Shown here piece after piece: positions 52,475 to 62,242 of a stretch of 64,000 nt of DNA. The position numbers and the translations under genes were made by a program. The notes under the pieces are model-generated. The model ran no database searches. It was not told the origin of the DNA and worked only from the letters and a program-made list of their open reading frames with translations. Location: positions 467,345 to 531,344 of the forward strand of contig CAWDVP010000006.1 in assembly GCA_963805945.1 (NCBI GenBank), read 5' to 3'. Positions within the stretch are counted from its first letter, which is position 1. Each line of letters opens with the position of its first letter. This DNA is from Vulcanimicrobiota bacterium. Its GTDB lineage: Bacteria > Vulcanimicrobiota > Vulcanimicrobiia > Eremiobacterales > Eremiobacteraceae.

Positions 52475-53449
52475 CTACCGCGCCGCACGGTCGTGCACCA
52501 TCTCTTCGTGCGCGCCGATCTTGCGATACTTCTCGTAACGCCGGTCCACCAGCTCATCGACGTTCAGCTTGGTGAGTGCCGCGAGCGCACGCGAGTCCGC
52601 TTTGAGCACCGCGTCGATGACCTGAGCAGGTTCGCGATGCGCGCCGCCGAGCGGTTCGGGGATGACCTCGTCGACGATGCCGAACTCGAACAGGTCTTCT
52701 GAGGTCAGGCGCAGATGCGCCGCGGCCTCTTCGGCTTTGGTTGAATCGCGCCACAGGATGGCGGCGGCGGGTTCCGGCGACGCGACCGAATAGACCGCGT
52801 GCTGCAGCATCGCAACGTGATCGCCGACGCCGATGGCAAGCGCGCCGCCGCTGCCGCCCTCGCCGATGACGTTGACGATGATCGGCGTCTCCAGGCCCGC
52901 CATCAATTTGATGTTGGTCGCGATCGCCTCGGATTGGCCGCGCTCCTCGGCGCCGATGCCCGGATAGGCGCCCGGCGTGTCGATGAAACTGATCAGCGGC
53001 TTCTTGAACTTCTCCGCCAAGCGCATGATTCGCGCCGCTTTGCGGTAGCCCTCAGGATGCGACATGCCGAAGTTGCGGTACACGTTCTCCTTGGTGTCGC
53101 GCCCCTTCTGCTGCCCGAGCACGAACACGGACGTGCCGGCGAGGGACGCGTAGCCGGCGATCATCGCCGGGTCGTCGCGGAACGCGCGATCGCCGTGCAG
53201 TTCGACGAAGCCGTCGAGCTTGGCGATGTAGTCAAGCGCGAGCGGGCGGCGTGGATGGCGCGCGAGATGGACGCGCTGCCACGGCGTGAGGCTGCCGAAT
53301 ATCTCCGCCCGCAGCGCGACCGCTTTCTCCTCGAGCGCCCGGATCTCGGCGGTGAAATCGATGCGCTGGGTCTCGTTGAGCTTCTTGAGCTCGTCGATCT
53401 TCGCTTCGAGTTCGAGCAGCGGCTTTTCGAGTTCGACGATGACGTTCAT
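52475..53449 (-). CDS. accA: Acetyl-CoA carboxylase carboxyltransferase alpha
   Basis: LARHPRRP, GDR..DD, PEGYRKA, IDTPGAYPG, GEGGSGGAL. Confidence 0.97.
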   Translation of the reverse strand: MNVIVELEKPLLELEAKIDELKKLNETQRIDFTAEIRALEEKAVALRAEIFGSLTPWQRVHLARHPRRPLALDYIAKLDGFVELHGDRAFRDDPAMIAGYASLAGTSVFVLGQQKGRDTKENVYRNFGMSHPEGYRKAARIMRLAEKFKKPLISFIDTPGAYPGIGAEERGQSEAIATNIKLMAGLETPIIVNVIGEGGSGGALAIGVGDHVAMLQHAVYSVASPEPAAAILWRDSTKAEEAAAHLRLTSEDLFEFGIVDEVIPEPLGGAHREPAQVIDAVLKADSRALAALTKLNVDELVDRRYEKYRKIGAHEEMVHDRAAR

Positions 53450-54303
53450 GCGACCGCCGCTTTCATCTGACCGGCGGTGAGGAACTTCAGCACGCTCCCG
53501 AGCGCGCTCTTCATCTCCGTGCGGCGCACGACCATGTCGACCTGCCCGTGTTCGAGCAGGAACTCAGCGGTCTGGAAGCCTTCGGGCAGCTTCTGCTTGA
53601 TCGTCTGATCGATGACGCGGCGCCCCGCGAAGCCGATCGCCGCGCCCGTCTCGGCGATGATGATGTCGGCCTGGAAGCCGAACGACGCCGATACGCCGCC
53701 GGTGGTGGGATCGGTGAGGATGGTGATGAGCGGCAGACCGAGGCCGTCGAAACGCTCGACAGCCGCGCTCGTCTTGGCGAGCTGCATGAGGCCGATCATG
53801 CCTTCTTCCATGCGCGCGCCGCCGGACGCGGTGACGATGACGCACGGCACCTTGCGCCGCGCGCACTCTTCGATGAGCAGCGTGATCTTCTCGCCGACGA
53901 CGCCGCCCATCGTGCCGCCGCGGAAGGCGAAATCCATGACGCCGAGACCGATCGGGATCTTCTCGACCGCGCAGAAGCCCACGATCACCGCTTCGAGCAA
54001 GCCTGACTTCGCGCGGTCGGCTTCGGTCTTCTGCCGGTAGGGCATGCGGTCGCTCCACTGGAGCGGATCGCCGGTGACGAGGTTCTCGGCGATCTCGTGG
54101 AAATCGCCGTCGGCGAGCAGGGCGATGCGGTCGAGCGCGCCCAAACGGAAATGATGGCCGCACTTCGGACAGACGCGCAGCCGCTCGTCGAGGTCTTTGA
54201 TGTAGAGCCGCTCGCCGCATGACGGGCAGATCTCCCACAGCTTGTCGGCTGCGGGTTGCGGCCGGGCGCCGCGACGGCGCAGCCAGTTGGGCGTGGGCGT
54301 CAC
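53446..54303 (-). CDS. accD: Acetyl-CoA carboxylase carboxyltransferase beta
   Basis: CxxC..CxxC zinc finger, GGTMG, SGGARM, PTTGGVSAS, GFAGRRVI. Confidence 0.97.
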   Translation of the reverse strand: MTPTPNWLRRRGARPQPAADKLWEICPSCGERLYIKDLDERLRVCPKCGHHFRLGALDRIALLADGDFHEIAENLVTGDPLQWSDRMPYRQKTEADRAKSGLLEAVIVGFCAVEKIPIGLGVMDFAFRGGTMGGVVGEKITLLIEECARRKVPCVIVTASGGARMEEGMIGLMQLAKTSAAVERFDGLGLPLITILTDPTTGGVSASFGFQADIIIAETGAAIGFAGRRVIDQTIKQKLPEGFQTAEFLLEHGQVDMVVRRTEMKSALGSVLKFLTAGQMKAAVA

Positions 54304-55011
54304 GCGCGGCCGCCGAAATACATCTTCGATAATTGCTTCAGGTAGTTGACGATCTCCCCAGAATTGAGTTTGCTCGTCCCCTGAGCGCGGTCCGTGAAAA
54401 CATATGGTATTTCCTTGACCGTCTTATACTTCCCTTTGAGGATGACTTCGAGCCCGATCTTGAAACCGATGGGATCGAGTTTCACGCCGTCGATGACCGA
54501 GCGTTTCAAAAAGAAAAATCCGGATGTGATGTCTCTCACCGAGGTGAGCGGACGCGCGAGCGCGATCGCCACACGCGATGTGATCTTGCGCCGCCACGGC
54601 CAATTGGTGATGCCGCCGCCCGGGATGTATCTGCTGCCGATGGCGAGTCTCGCATTGGCCGCTCGCGACGGCGTTGATGAGCTGTGCGGCCACCGCCGGA
54701 TCGTGGCTGAAATCAGCGTCCATGACGCCGATGATCGGCGCGGTGCAGGTCGCCCAGCCGTCGATGACCGCCGACGAGAGCCCGAGCTTGCCGGCGCGGT
54801 GCACGCAGCGCACCGGATATCTCGACGCGAGCGAGTCGACCAACGCCCCAGTGCCGTCGGGCGAATTGTCGTCGACGATGACGATCTCGCCGTTGATGCC
54901 GTTGGCCGTGAACGCGTCGGTCATCGCGGCGATGAGCTTCTCGACGCCGAGCGCTTCATTATATGTCGGGCTGACGACCGAAACGTCGAACCGTCGTGCG
55001 TCTTCCGTCAA
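54300..55011 (-). CDS. GT2 polyprenol-phosphate mannose synthase-like glycosyltransferase, frameshift near 54645
   Basis: PTYNE, VDDNSPDGT, GLSSA, MDADFSHDP, GSRY, D.TSGFF, G.SKL. Confidence 0.88.
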
Positions 55012-55094
55012 CAGTCGTGCTCCCTGCTCTCGGCGCTCACTTTGAGGATAGACTTCGCGTGCGGGCCCGCTTTTGCTTCTGCGTGGGCGGCCCG

Positions 55095-55829
55095 TCACCA
55101 CCAGCCGCGGCGCGCGGCGATCGCCGCCAGCATCGCGAGCGCGGCGGTCTCGGTGCGCAGTATCGTCGGACCGAGCGACACGAGCGGACATCCGACCGCC
55201 TCCGCCGCCTCGATGTCAGACGGCCCCAAGCCGCCCTCGGGTCCGATGGCGACGGCGAGTTCGGCGATGTCATCGGGGATGCGCGCTAGCGCAGGCGCCA
55301 GTGTGCCGGGGGGCGCCTCTTCGTAAGCGACCACCGGCGGCGTCGCGCCGCGCCAGTTCGCCAGCCCATCGCGCCACGCCATCGGCTCTTCGACGATCGG
55401 CTCGTAGCGGCGCCGCGCTTGCTGCGCCGCCGCGCGCGCGATGCGCCGCCAGCGCTCGACTTTGTGCTCGCTCGGTTCGACGGCGCAGCGCTCGCTGCGC
55501 ATCGGGATGATGCGGCGCGCGCCGAGCTCGACGACTTTCTCGACCACGTAGTCGAATTTCGCGCCCTTGATGAGCGCCTGCATCACGGTCACGGCGACCG
55601 GCAGTTCGCCGCCGCTCTCATTTCGGCGCTGTCCGACCTGCGCCTGGACGCCGCTCGAAGATGAACCGGTCAGGGTCGCATCCCACGCCGAACCGTCGCG
55701 CACGACGACGATGCGGTCACCGGTCCGCAGCCGCAAGACGAGGCGCGCGTGACGCGCATCGTCGGCGGTCAGCGCGACCTCGCGACCCGGCGCGCACTCG
55801 TGCGCGACGAAGAAACGTGACTCGCTCAT
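55095..55829 (-). CDS. rsmE: 16S rRNA m3U1498 methyltransferase
   Basis: VLRLR.GD, K.VELG, AAQQ, IGPEGG, LGPTILRTETA. Confidence 0.95.
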   Translation of the reverse strand: MSESRFFVAHECAPGREVALTADDARHARLVLRLRTGDRIVVVRDGSAWDATLTGSSSSGVQAQVGQRRNESGGELPVAVTVMQALIKGAKFDYVVEKVVELGARRIIPMRSERCAVEPSEHKVERWRRIARAAAQQARRRYEPIVEEPMAWRDGLANWRGATPPVVAYEEAPPGTLAPALARIPDDIAELAVAIGPEGGLGPSDIEAAEAVGCPLVSLGPTILRTETAALAMLAAIAARRGWW

Positions 55830-56695
55830 CGGCTGTGCACGTAGGCGAACCACTCGCCGGAGCGGTGCTCTTGCACGAACATCAGGCCGGCCCGCTCATA
55901 ATGGAAGAGCGATGCGAGGCGGCCGGCGGCGACGATGCCGGTCGATACGATGCTGCCCCCGGGTTTGAGCGCCCCGGCGAAACGAGCTGCGAGCGTCGCG
56001 AGCACGGGTGCGCTGATGTTCGCGACGATGAGATCGGCGCGCGGAAAACGTTTCGGGAGCGTCGCACACCGCGCGAGCGCGCCCGGTTTCACCCCGTTGC
56101 GAACGAAGTTGTCGCGCGCCGCTGCGACCGCGAGCGGATCGCTATCGAACGCGTACGCTCGCGCACCGCGCATCGCCGCGGCGATGCCCAGGATGCCCGA
56201 GCCGCAGCCCGCGTCGATGACCGCGTCCCCCGGCTTGATGCGCGGCAGCATGAGGCGCATCGCAAGCCGCGTCGTCGCGTGCGTGCCGGTGCCGAACGCC
56301 TGACCTGGGTCCAGCACGAGCGCTCGCGCGTCGCCGGGCGGCGCGAAATCAGCCTGCCATGACGGCACGACATAGAGACCGTCGGCGATCTTCGACGGAT
56401 GATAGAACCGTTTCCAGATCTGCGACCAGTCCTCGTCGCGGAGCGTGGCCTCGCGCAGCGCGACGCCGCGCAAGACGCCGGCGCGCTGCAGCCGTCGCAA
56501 CCGGGCTCGCAGTTCGCGCGAGATCGGGTCGGCGACGGCTGCGGGCACGTAGGCACCTGCGACCACGGTGCGCGAGCGTTCGCGCTGCTCGAGCGTGGGG
56601 CGTGCGCCGGTCGCGCTGTCGAGCAGCGCCAGCGCGGGTTCGGCGTCCGCCGGCGCGACCTCGAGCGTGAGACGCCGCCAGCGAGCCTGCGCCAT
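55826..56695 (-). CDS. prmA: Ribosomal protein L11 methyltransferase
   Basis: DW...WK, LDPGQAFGTGTHATT, DAGCGSGIL, VANI. Confidence 0.93.
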   Translation of the reverse strand: MAQARWRRLTLEVAPADAEPALALLDSATGARPTLEQRERSRTVVAGAYVPAAVADPISRELRARLRRLQRAGVLRGVALREATLRDEDWSQIWKRFYHPSKIADGLYVVPSWQADFAPPGDARALVLDPGQAFGTGTHATTRLAMRLMLPRIKPGDAVIDAGCGSGILGIAAAMRGARAYAFDSDPLAVAAARDNFVRNGVKPGALARCATLPKRFPRADLIVANISAPVLATLAARFAGALKPGGSIVSTGIVAAGRLASLFHYERAGLMFVQEHRSGEWFAYVHSR

Positions 56696-57822
56696 TACTC
56701 GTTGCCGAGCGCTCTCTTGACCTTTTTGAACAGACCGGGCTCGGGCACTTCTTCGCCGCCCGCGCGCGCATACGCCTCGAGCAGCTCGCGCTGCTTGCGC
56801 GTGAGGCGCTCAGGCACCACGACATTTATGTCGACGAGCAGATCGCCGCGGCTGTTCGAGCGCATGCGCGGCAAGCCGCGCCCGGGAATCCGAAAACGCG
56901 TGCCGCTTTGCGTGCCCTCAGGCAGATCGAGCTCCGCGTGGCCGTCGAGCCCTTCGATCTCCAATTTCGCGCCGAGCGCCGCCTGCGTGAACGAGACGTC
57001 GGTCTCGCAATGCAGGTTGGCTCCATCGCGCTCGAACGTCTCATGCGGCTCCATCGCGACGAACACGTACAGGTCGCCGTCAGGCGCGCCTCGCTCACCC
57101 GCTTCGCCCAGCCCGGCGAAACGCAGGCGCGTGCCCTCTTCGACTCCGGCCGGCACTTTCACGGTGATCTTGCGCCGCGTCTCCTTGCGGCCGCGCCCCT
57201 GACAGCTCTTGCACGGGTGCGTGATGATGCTGCCCCTGCCGCCGCAGCGCAGACATACGGTGCTCGTGACCATCTGGCCGAGTATCGTGTTGCGGACAGC
57301 ACGCACCTGGCCGCTGCCGCGGCATTGCGGGCACGTCGACGCGGCGGACTTGTCGGCCGACCCCGTCCCTGCGCACACGTCGCAGCGAGCGAGATGGTCG
57401 AACGATATCTCGCGCTCGACGCCGCGCAGCACTTCCTTGAGGGTGACGCTGAGGTCGTAGCGCAGGTCCGCGCCGCGCTGCGGCTGCGTCCGGCCGCGCG
57501 GACCGCCGCCGAAGAACGCTTCGAAGAGATCGCCGAACGGCGACGCGTCGCCCGCGCCGGGGGCGCCGGAGAAACCGGAGAAATCGGAGAAATCGGCGTG
57601 GCCGAAACGGTCGTACTGCGCGCGGCGCTGGCTGTCGGAGAGCACGCTGTAGGCCTCGTTGATCTCCTTGAATCGAGTCTCGGCGCCGACCTTATCGCTC
57701 GCGTCGCTGTGCACATCGGGATGATGCTTGAGGGCCAGGTCTCGATAGGCGCGCTTGATCTCGGCTTCCGAAGCGCCGCGCGAGATCCCCAGCACCTCGT
57801 AGTAGTCGCGTTTGACGGGCAT
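56695..57822 (-). CDS. dnaJ: Chaperone DnaJ
   Basis: J-domain HPD, G/F region, four CxxCxGxG repeats. Confidence 0.97.
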   Translation of the reverse strand: MPVKRDYYEVLGISRGASEAEIKRAYRDLALKHHPDVHSDASDKVGAETRFKEINEAYSVLSDSQRRAQYDRFGHADFSDFSGFSGAPGAGDASPFGDLFEAFFGGGPRGRTQPQRGADLRYDLSVTLKEVLRGVEREISFDHLARCDVCAGTGSADKSAASTCPQCRGSGQVRAVRNTILGQMVTSTVCLRCGGRGSIITHPCKSCQGRGRKETRRKITVKVPAGVEEGTRLRFAGLGEAGERGAPDGDLYVFVAMEPHETFERDGANLHCETDVSFTQAALGAKLEIEGLDGHAELDLPEGTQSGTRFRIPGRGLPRMRSNSRGDLLVDINVVVPERLTRKQRELLEAYARAGGEEVPEPGLFKKVKRALGNE

Positions 57823-57825
57823 CGG

Positions 57826-58911
57826 TTACTGGGACTCTTCGCCTTGGAAGACTTCGTTCAAGCTTTCAGCCATGCAGTTGACGAGCGCGATGAGCCGAGC
57901 GTAATGCATGCGCCGCGGACCGAGCACGCCGACCGCGCCGGCGTTGTGGTCTGCGACCTTATACGGGACGGTGACGACGCTGCACTCGTTCATGTCGGCG
58001 TTGCCGAGCTCGCGGCCGATACTCACCGTCGCGCCCTCGTGCTGCAGCGATTCTTGCAGCCAGCGGTAGAGCGTGCGCTGCTCCTCGAGCAGTTCGAAGA
58101 TGGCGCGCAGCTTTCGGAAGTCGCGGAACTCCTGTTGATCGAGCAGATTGTTCGCGCCGCCGGCGAAGAGGCGCCGTTCGGCGTCCGCATCCCCGTGCAC
58201 GGCGAACAAGCCTGCGAGGGCGCGCAGCAGATCCGCGGGCAGCGGCGTCTCGCGCGCGAGCTCGCCGAGGGCTGCGAGCGTGATGTCGCTGAGCCGCCGG
58301 CCGGCGAGATGCGCGTTGAGATTGTTGCAGGCGCGGGTCAGCTGATCGGGGTCGACGTCTTCCGGGACTTCAACCGTGACCTGCGCCGCCAAGCCGAGAT
58401 TGGTCACCAGCACGACATGCACGCTGCGCGCGTTGACCCAGATGAGCTGCAGATGGCGATACGCCTGGCTGTCGAGCCGCGGCGCGATGGCGAACGCGAT
58501 GCCGCGCGTCAGGTTCGAGAGGACGTGCGACGCGTGGTCGACGGCGCTATCGAGCTGCGTGCTGGCGCGGCGCACTTCCGAATGGATGAGGTCGCGCTCT
58601 TCTGGGCCGAGCATCTCCGGCAGCATGAGCCGGTCGACGTAGTAGCGGTAGCCGAGGTCGGAAGGCACGCGGCCCGCAGACGTGTGCGGCTGGTCGAGGT
58701 AGCCCTCTTCTTCGAGCGCGGCCATCTCGGCCCGCACGGTGGCCGGGCTGACGCCGAGATTGTATTTCTGGGTGAGCGTCGCCGATCCGACCGGCTCGCC
58801 GGTCGCGATATACTCGTACACGACGGTGCCGAGGATCGAGGTCTTGCGCCGATCGAGGGTGGGGCCGGTTCCGTCGGGCTCGGAGACCTTGTCTTGTTCT
58901 TTTTTTGCCAT
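57826..58911 (-). CDS. hrcA: Heat-inducible transcription repressor
   Basis: YI.TGEPVGS, SPATVR, QPHTSAGRVP, GVLGP.RM.Y. Confidence 0.96.
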   Translation of the reverse strand: MAKKEQDKVSEPDGTGPTLDRRKTSILGTVVYEYIATGEPVGSATLTQKYNLGVSPATVRAEMAALEEEGYLDQPHTSAGRVPSDLGYRYYVDRLMLPEMLGPEERDLIHSEVRRASTQLDSAVDHASHVLSNLTRGIAFAIAPRLDSQAYRHLQLIWVNARSVHVVLVTNLGLAAQVTVEVPEDVDPDQLTRACNNLNAHLAGRRLSDITLAALGELARETPLPADLLRALAGLFAVHGDADAERRLFAGGANNLLDQQEFRDFRKLRAIFELLEEQRTLYRWLQESLQHEGATVSIGRELGNADMNECSVVTVPYKVADHNAGAVGVLGPRRMHYARLIALVNCMAESLNEVFQGEESQ

Positions 58912-58937
58912 TAGCAGTCAGCACAGGAGAGTGCTAA
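58911..58937 (-). promoter_or_regulatory. CIRCE operator overlapping the hrcA start codon
   Basis: TTAGCACTC-N9-GACTGCTAA (one mismatch to consensus); last A is the A of ATG. Confidence 0.92.
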
Positions 58938-59061
58938 TAGGGATGATACGCCGCAGGGTCGCCCTGTCCCTCCGCTCGTCCGAGCCACGCTCGGCCAAGA
59001 CTCACCTGCTTTTCACGCGGTTCCCCAGGTTTGCCAAGCCCGGACCGCAAGAATGTGATAC

Positions 59062-59988
59062 ATGAAACGTCCGATCGCGCTCGCGCTCTTCGCGTGCCTC
59101 GTTTGCGGCTGGACCGCACCTGTTGCCGCGACCGGCACGGCGCGCGACGATTCGGGCACCCTCGTGTCGGGCGGCGTGACGCGGACATATCTCATCCACG
59201 TGCCGGCGTCATACGACGGCCGGCAAGCGGTGCCGCTCGTGTTGGTCTTCCATGGCGGCGGCGGACAGCCGCTGGGCATGGTGCGGATCTCCGGGATGAA
59301 CGACGTCGCAGACCGCCATGGCTTCATAGCGGTGTATCCCGCCGGCCTCAACAGACAATGGAAAGATGGCCGCACCGCCGCGTTGAGCCCGCCGAGCGAC
59401 GTGGCGTTCATCGATGCGCTCATCCACAAGCTCGAGTCCGACTATCGGATCGACGGCAAGCGCGTCTACGCCACCGGCATCTCGAACGGCGCGTTCTTCT
59501 CGTTCCGCCTCGCGTGCGAGCTGGGAGGCGAGATCGCGGCGATCGCTCCGGTCTCAGGCTCGCTGCCCTCGGGCTTCCACGACGCCTGCAAGAACGACCC
59601 GGTCTCGGTGATGATGATCAACGGCACGGCCGACCGCCTCGTGCTTTACGACGGCGGCCGGGTCGGCGGGCCGTTCGTGGCGCAGGGCGATTCCATCCCC
59701 GTTTCGCAGGCGTTTTCGATCTGGGCGAAGTCGGAAGGCTGCGCCCAGATACCCCGCAGCGCCAAAGTGCCGGATGTCGATCCAAACGACGGCACGACGA
59801 CCGCGATCCAGACGTTCGATGATTGCCGGAACGGAACGTCCGTGCAGCTCTACACCGTCACCGGCGGCGGACATACGTGGCCGGGCGGGCCGCAGTACCT
59901 ACCGCCGGCGATCGTCGGCGTGGTGAGCCATGATTTCGACGCGAGCGAGACGATGTGGCAGTTCTTCGCCGCTCACCCTCATCCATAG
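59062..59988 (+). CDS. Secreted PHB-depolymerase/LpqC-like esterase
   Basis: Signal peptide, FHGGG, GISNGA, NGTAD, GGGHTWPGG. Confidence 0.88.
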   Translation: MKRPIALALFACLVCGWTAPVAATGTARDDSGTLVSGGVTRTYLIHVPASYDGRQAVPLVLVFHGGGGQPLGMVRISGMNDVADRHGFIAVYPAGLNRQWKDGRTAALSPPSDVAFIDALIHKLESDYRIDGKRVYATGISNGAFFSFRLACELGGEIAAIAPVSGSLPSGFHDACKNDPVSVMMINGTADRLVLYDGGRVGGPFVAQGDSIPVSQAFSIWAKSEGCAQIPRSAKVPDVDPNDGTTTAIQTFDDCRNGTSVQLYTVTGGGHTWPGGPQYLPPAIVGVVSHDFDASETMWQFFAAHPHP

Positions 59989-59992
59989 ATAT

Positions 59993-60024
59993 TGTAGGGG
60001 CCGAGCTAAAGGTCGGCCCCTACA
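59993..60024. repeat. GTAG...CTAC-bounded REP-like palindrome (family 3) overlapping the dinG 3' end
   Basis: TGTAGGGGCCGAGCT-AA-AGGTCGGCCCCTACA, one mismatch in a 15-bp stem. Confidence 0.8.
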
Positions 60025-61946
60025 TCAGCGGGGAAGTCGTTGGCGAGGAAATCGGTGACCTCGGATAGCGAGTGCACGCGCTTCGCCGGCGGCAACGACG
60101 CGAGAATGCGCCGCCCGTACGCCATCGTCTCCAGACGCCCGTCCAGCACGCACATGAGCCCCTTGTCCGAGCGGCTGCGGATAAGGCGGCCGAGACCTTG
60201 CTTGAGCCGGGTGATGGCGGCCGGCACCATGAGCGAGTCGAATGCTCCGACGCCCTGCGCTTCCAACATCTGCGAGCGTGCCGCGATGATCGGATCGTCC
60301 GGCGGCGGAAACGGGATGCGGTCGATGATGACGCACGACAGCGTCTTGCCGATCACGTCGACGCCCTCCCAGAACGAGGCCGTCGCGAAGAGCACGGGGT
60401 GCTGTTCCGAACGGAACCAATCGAGGATCTGCGTCTTGGGCGACTCGCCCTGGATGCGATACGGGAACGGCAGTCGCGGCGCGAGCGTCGCCGCCACCTC
60501 GCGCATCACCGCATACGATGTGAACAAGACGAACGCGCGGCCGTGGGTGGCGTGCAACACACCCTCGATGATCGGAATGACCGACTGCGCGAAGCGCGGG
60601 TCTTTCGGATTCGGCCGCTCAGGCGGCAGATAGAGCATGGCTTGGCGCTCGAAGTCGAAGGGCGACTCGAGCACGATCTCGTCGACCGGCGTGTGCTCGA
60701 GACCGACCTGGCGGCGCGCGTAGTCGAACGTGCCGCCGGTCGCGATGGTCGCCGAGGTCATGACGATCGAGCGCGTGCGGTCGAAGAGCCGTTCGCGCAA
60801 TGTCGGCGCGACGGTCACGGGCGCGCACACGGCCGCGTAGGAATCGCGGCGCTCGTTCTCGCGTTCGACCCAGCAGATCCAGCCGTCGAGGTCGAGCCGC
60901 AGGCGCTCGATCGTCTGCGCGGCGCTCGCGATGCTGCTGGTGAGCAGGTCGCGCCGGCGCTCCAGCGCAGCGTCGCCGAGATTCGGGAAGCGCGCGCCTC
61001 GCGACCAGTTCTCCGCGATCCAGTTCTCGGCGCGATACAACGCGCGCTGCAGCGGATCCAGCAGTTCGATCGCGCGCTCGTTCTTCTCAAGCGGGTGTCT
61101 GCCGGCTGGGCCGTCGGCGAGCGCCGCACCGAACTCGTCTGCGGCGCCGCTGAGCTCGACGCGCAGCGCCTCCTTGAAGATGTAGGCGCGATCGATCTTC
61201 TGGAGCAACCGGCCGATGACCGCGCGCGACAGCGACGACGAAAACGCCGCGGTCGCCCATTCCTCGATCTGGTGCGCTTCGTCGAGCACCGCGTAGTCGT
61301 ACGGCGGGATGAGCCCGCCGCCGCTCGCCAGGTCGATGAAGAACAGCGCGTGGTTGACGACGACGATATCGGCGTGCCGCGCTGATTCGCGCGCGTGCAT
61401 GTGGTGGCAGCGCTCAGGACCGAAGAACTCGCACGCCTCCATGATGCAGTCGTCGGCGTCCGTGTCCACCTCGCGCCACAGCGCTTCGGACGGCACGAAG
61501 TCGAGATCTGCGCGATCGCCGGTGTCGGTGACGCCGGCCCAGCGGAACAATTTGCGCTCTTGGTCGCTCTGCGCGAGCACCATGCGCTTTCGCACCGCCT
61601 CGAGCTTGTCGCGGCACAGATAGTTGTGCCGCCCTTTGAGCTGCACGACGCGCGCCTCGCTGTCGAGCGCGTCGAGGATCATCGGTATGTCTTTGGTGAG
61701 CAGTTGGTCTTGCAGCGCGAGGGTCGCGGTGGATATGACGACGCGCTGGCCCGACAGCAGCGCCGGGACCAGGTAGCCCAGCGACTTGCCGGTGCCGGTG
61801 CCCGCTTCGGCCATCACGTGGACGTGCTCGAGCAGGCCGCGATTGACGAGTTTCGCCATGGCGATCTGCGCCGGCCGGGATTCGTACCCGGGCAGCGTCT
61901 TGGACACCAGGCCGCTCGGCCCGAGGACATCTTCGATCGTCAGCAT
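60006..61946 (-). CDS. dinG: ATP-dependent DNA helicase, DinG/YoaA family
   Basis: EAGTGTGKS, KGR.NYLC, Fe-S cysteines, DEAH, TSAT, FWEGVD, QGLGRLIR. Confidence 0.93.
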   Translation of the reverse strand: MLTIEDVLGPSGLVSKTLPGYESRPAQIAMAKLVNRGLLEHVHVMAEAGTGTGKSLGYLVPALLSGQRVVISTATLALQDQLLTKDIPMILDALDSEARVVQLKGRHNYLCRDKLEAVRKRMVLAQSDQERKLFRWAGVTDTGDRADLDFVPSEALWREVDTDADDCIMEACEFFGPERCHHMHARESARHADIVVVNHALFFIDLASGGGLIPPYDYAVLDEAHQIEEWATAAFSSSLSRAVIGRLLQKIDRAYIFKEALRVELSGAADEFGAALADGPAGRHPLEKNERAIELLDPLQRALYRAENWIAENWSRGARFPNLGDAALERRRDLLTSSIASAAQTIERLRLDLDGWICWVERENERRDSYAAVCAPVTVAPTLRERLFDRTRSIVMTSATIATGGTFDYARRQVGLEHTPVDEIVLESPFDFERQAMLYLPPERPNPKDPRFAQSVIPIIEGVLHATHGRAFVLFTSYAVMREVAATLAPRLPFPYRIQGESPKTQILDWFRSEQHPVLFATASFWEGVDVIGKTLSCVIIDRIPFPPPDDPIIAARSQMLEAQGVGAFDSLMVPAAITRLKQGLGRLIRSRSDKGLMCVLDGRLETMAYGRRILASLPPAKRVHSLSEVTDFLANDFPADVGADL

Positions 61947-61979
61947 GGCGGCCTAGATGTTATGCGAACGGGTGTTCGG

Positions 61980-62183
61980 TTATTCCTCCCACTCGCGGCG
62001 CTGCTTGCGTCTGCGCTCCGCTTTGCGTCGCCGCTCGGCGAGCGTCTCGCTCACCCGCGCTTGCGAGTTCACCGGCAGCGTCGGACGAGCGGCGCGGCGT
62101 CGCTGCGCTTCGATCTTGTCGACGATGCGAGCGATGTGCTTCGCTCCGGTCTTCTTCTTCTTACGCTTCGTGGTGCGCGCCAT
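61980..62183 (-). CDS. Small basic hypothetical protein
   Basis: 67-aa Lys/Arg-rich ORF filling the gap upstream of dinG. Confidence 0.45.
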   Translation of the reverse strand: MARTTKRKKKKTGAKHIARIVDKIEAQRRRAARPTLPVNSQARVSETLAERRRKAERRRKQRREWEE

Positions 62184-62242
62184 TTCATGCGGCGTTACCC
62201 TTCAAAGGCGCGCGCGCCTGCCCATCAGAATAGCCAGCGAGC

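Noticed and set aside
56908..58914. Long antisense or alternative-frame ORFs (e.g. 668 aa here, 766..2835, 13302..15047, 35285..36907)
   Set aside because: Shadow ORFs of well-conserved genes, expected in high-GC DNA; no recognisable motifs.
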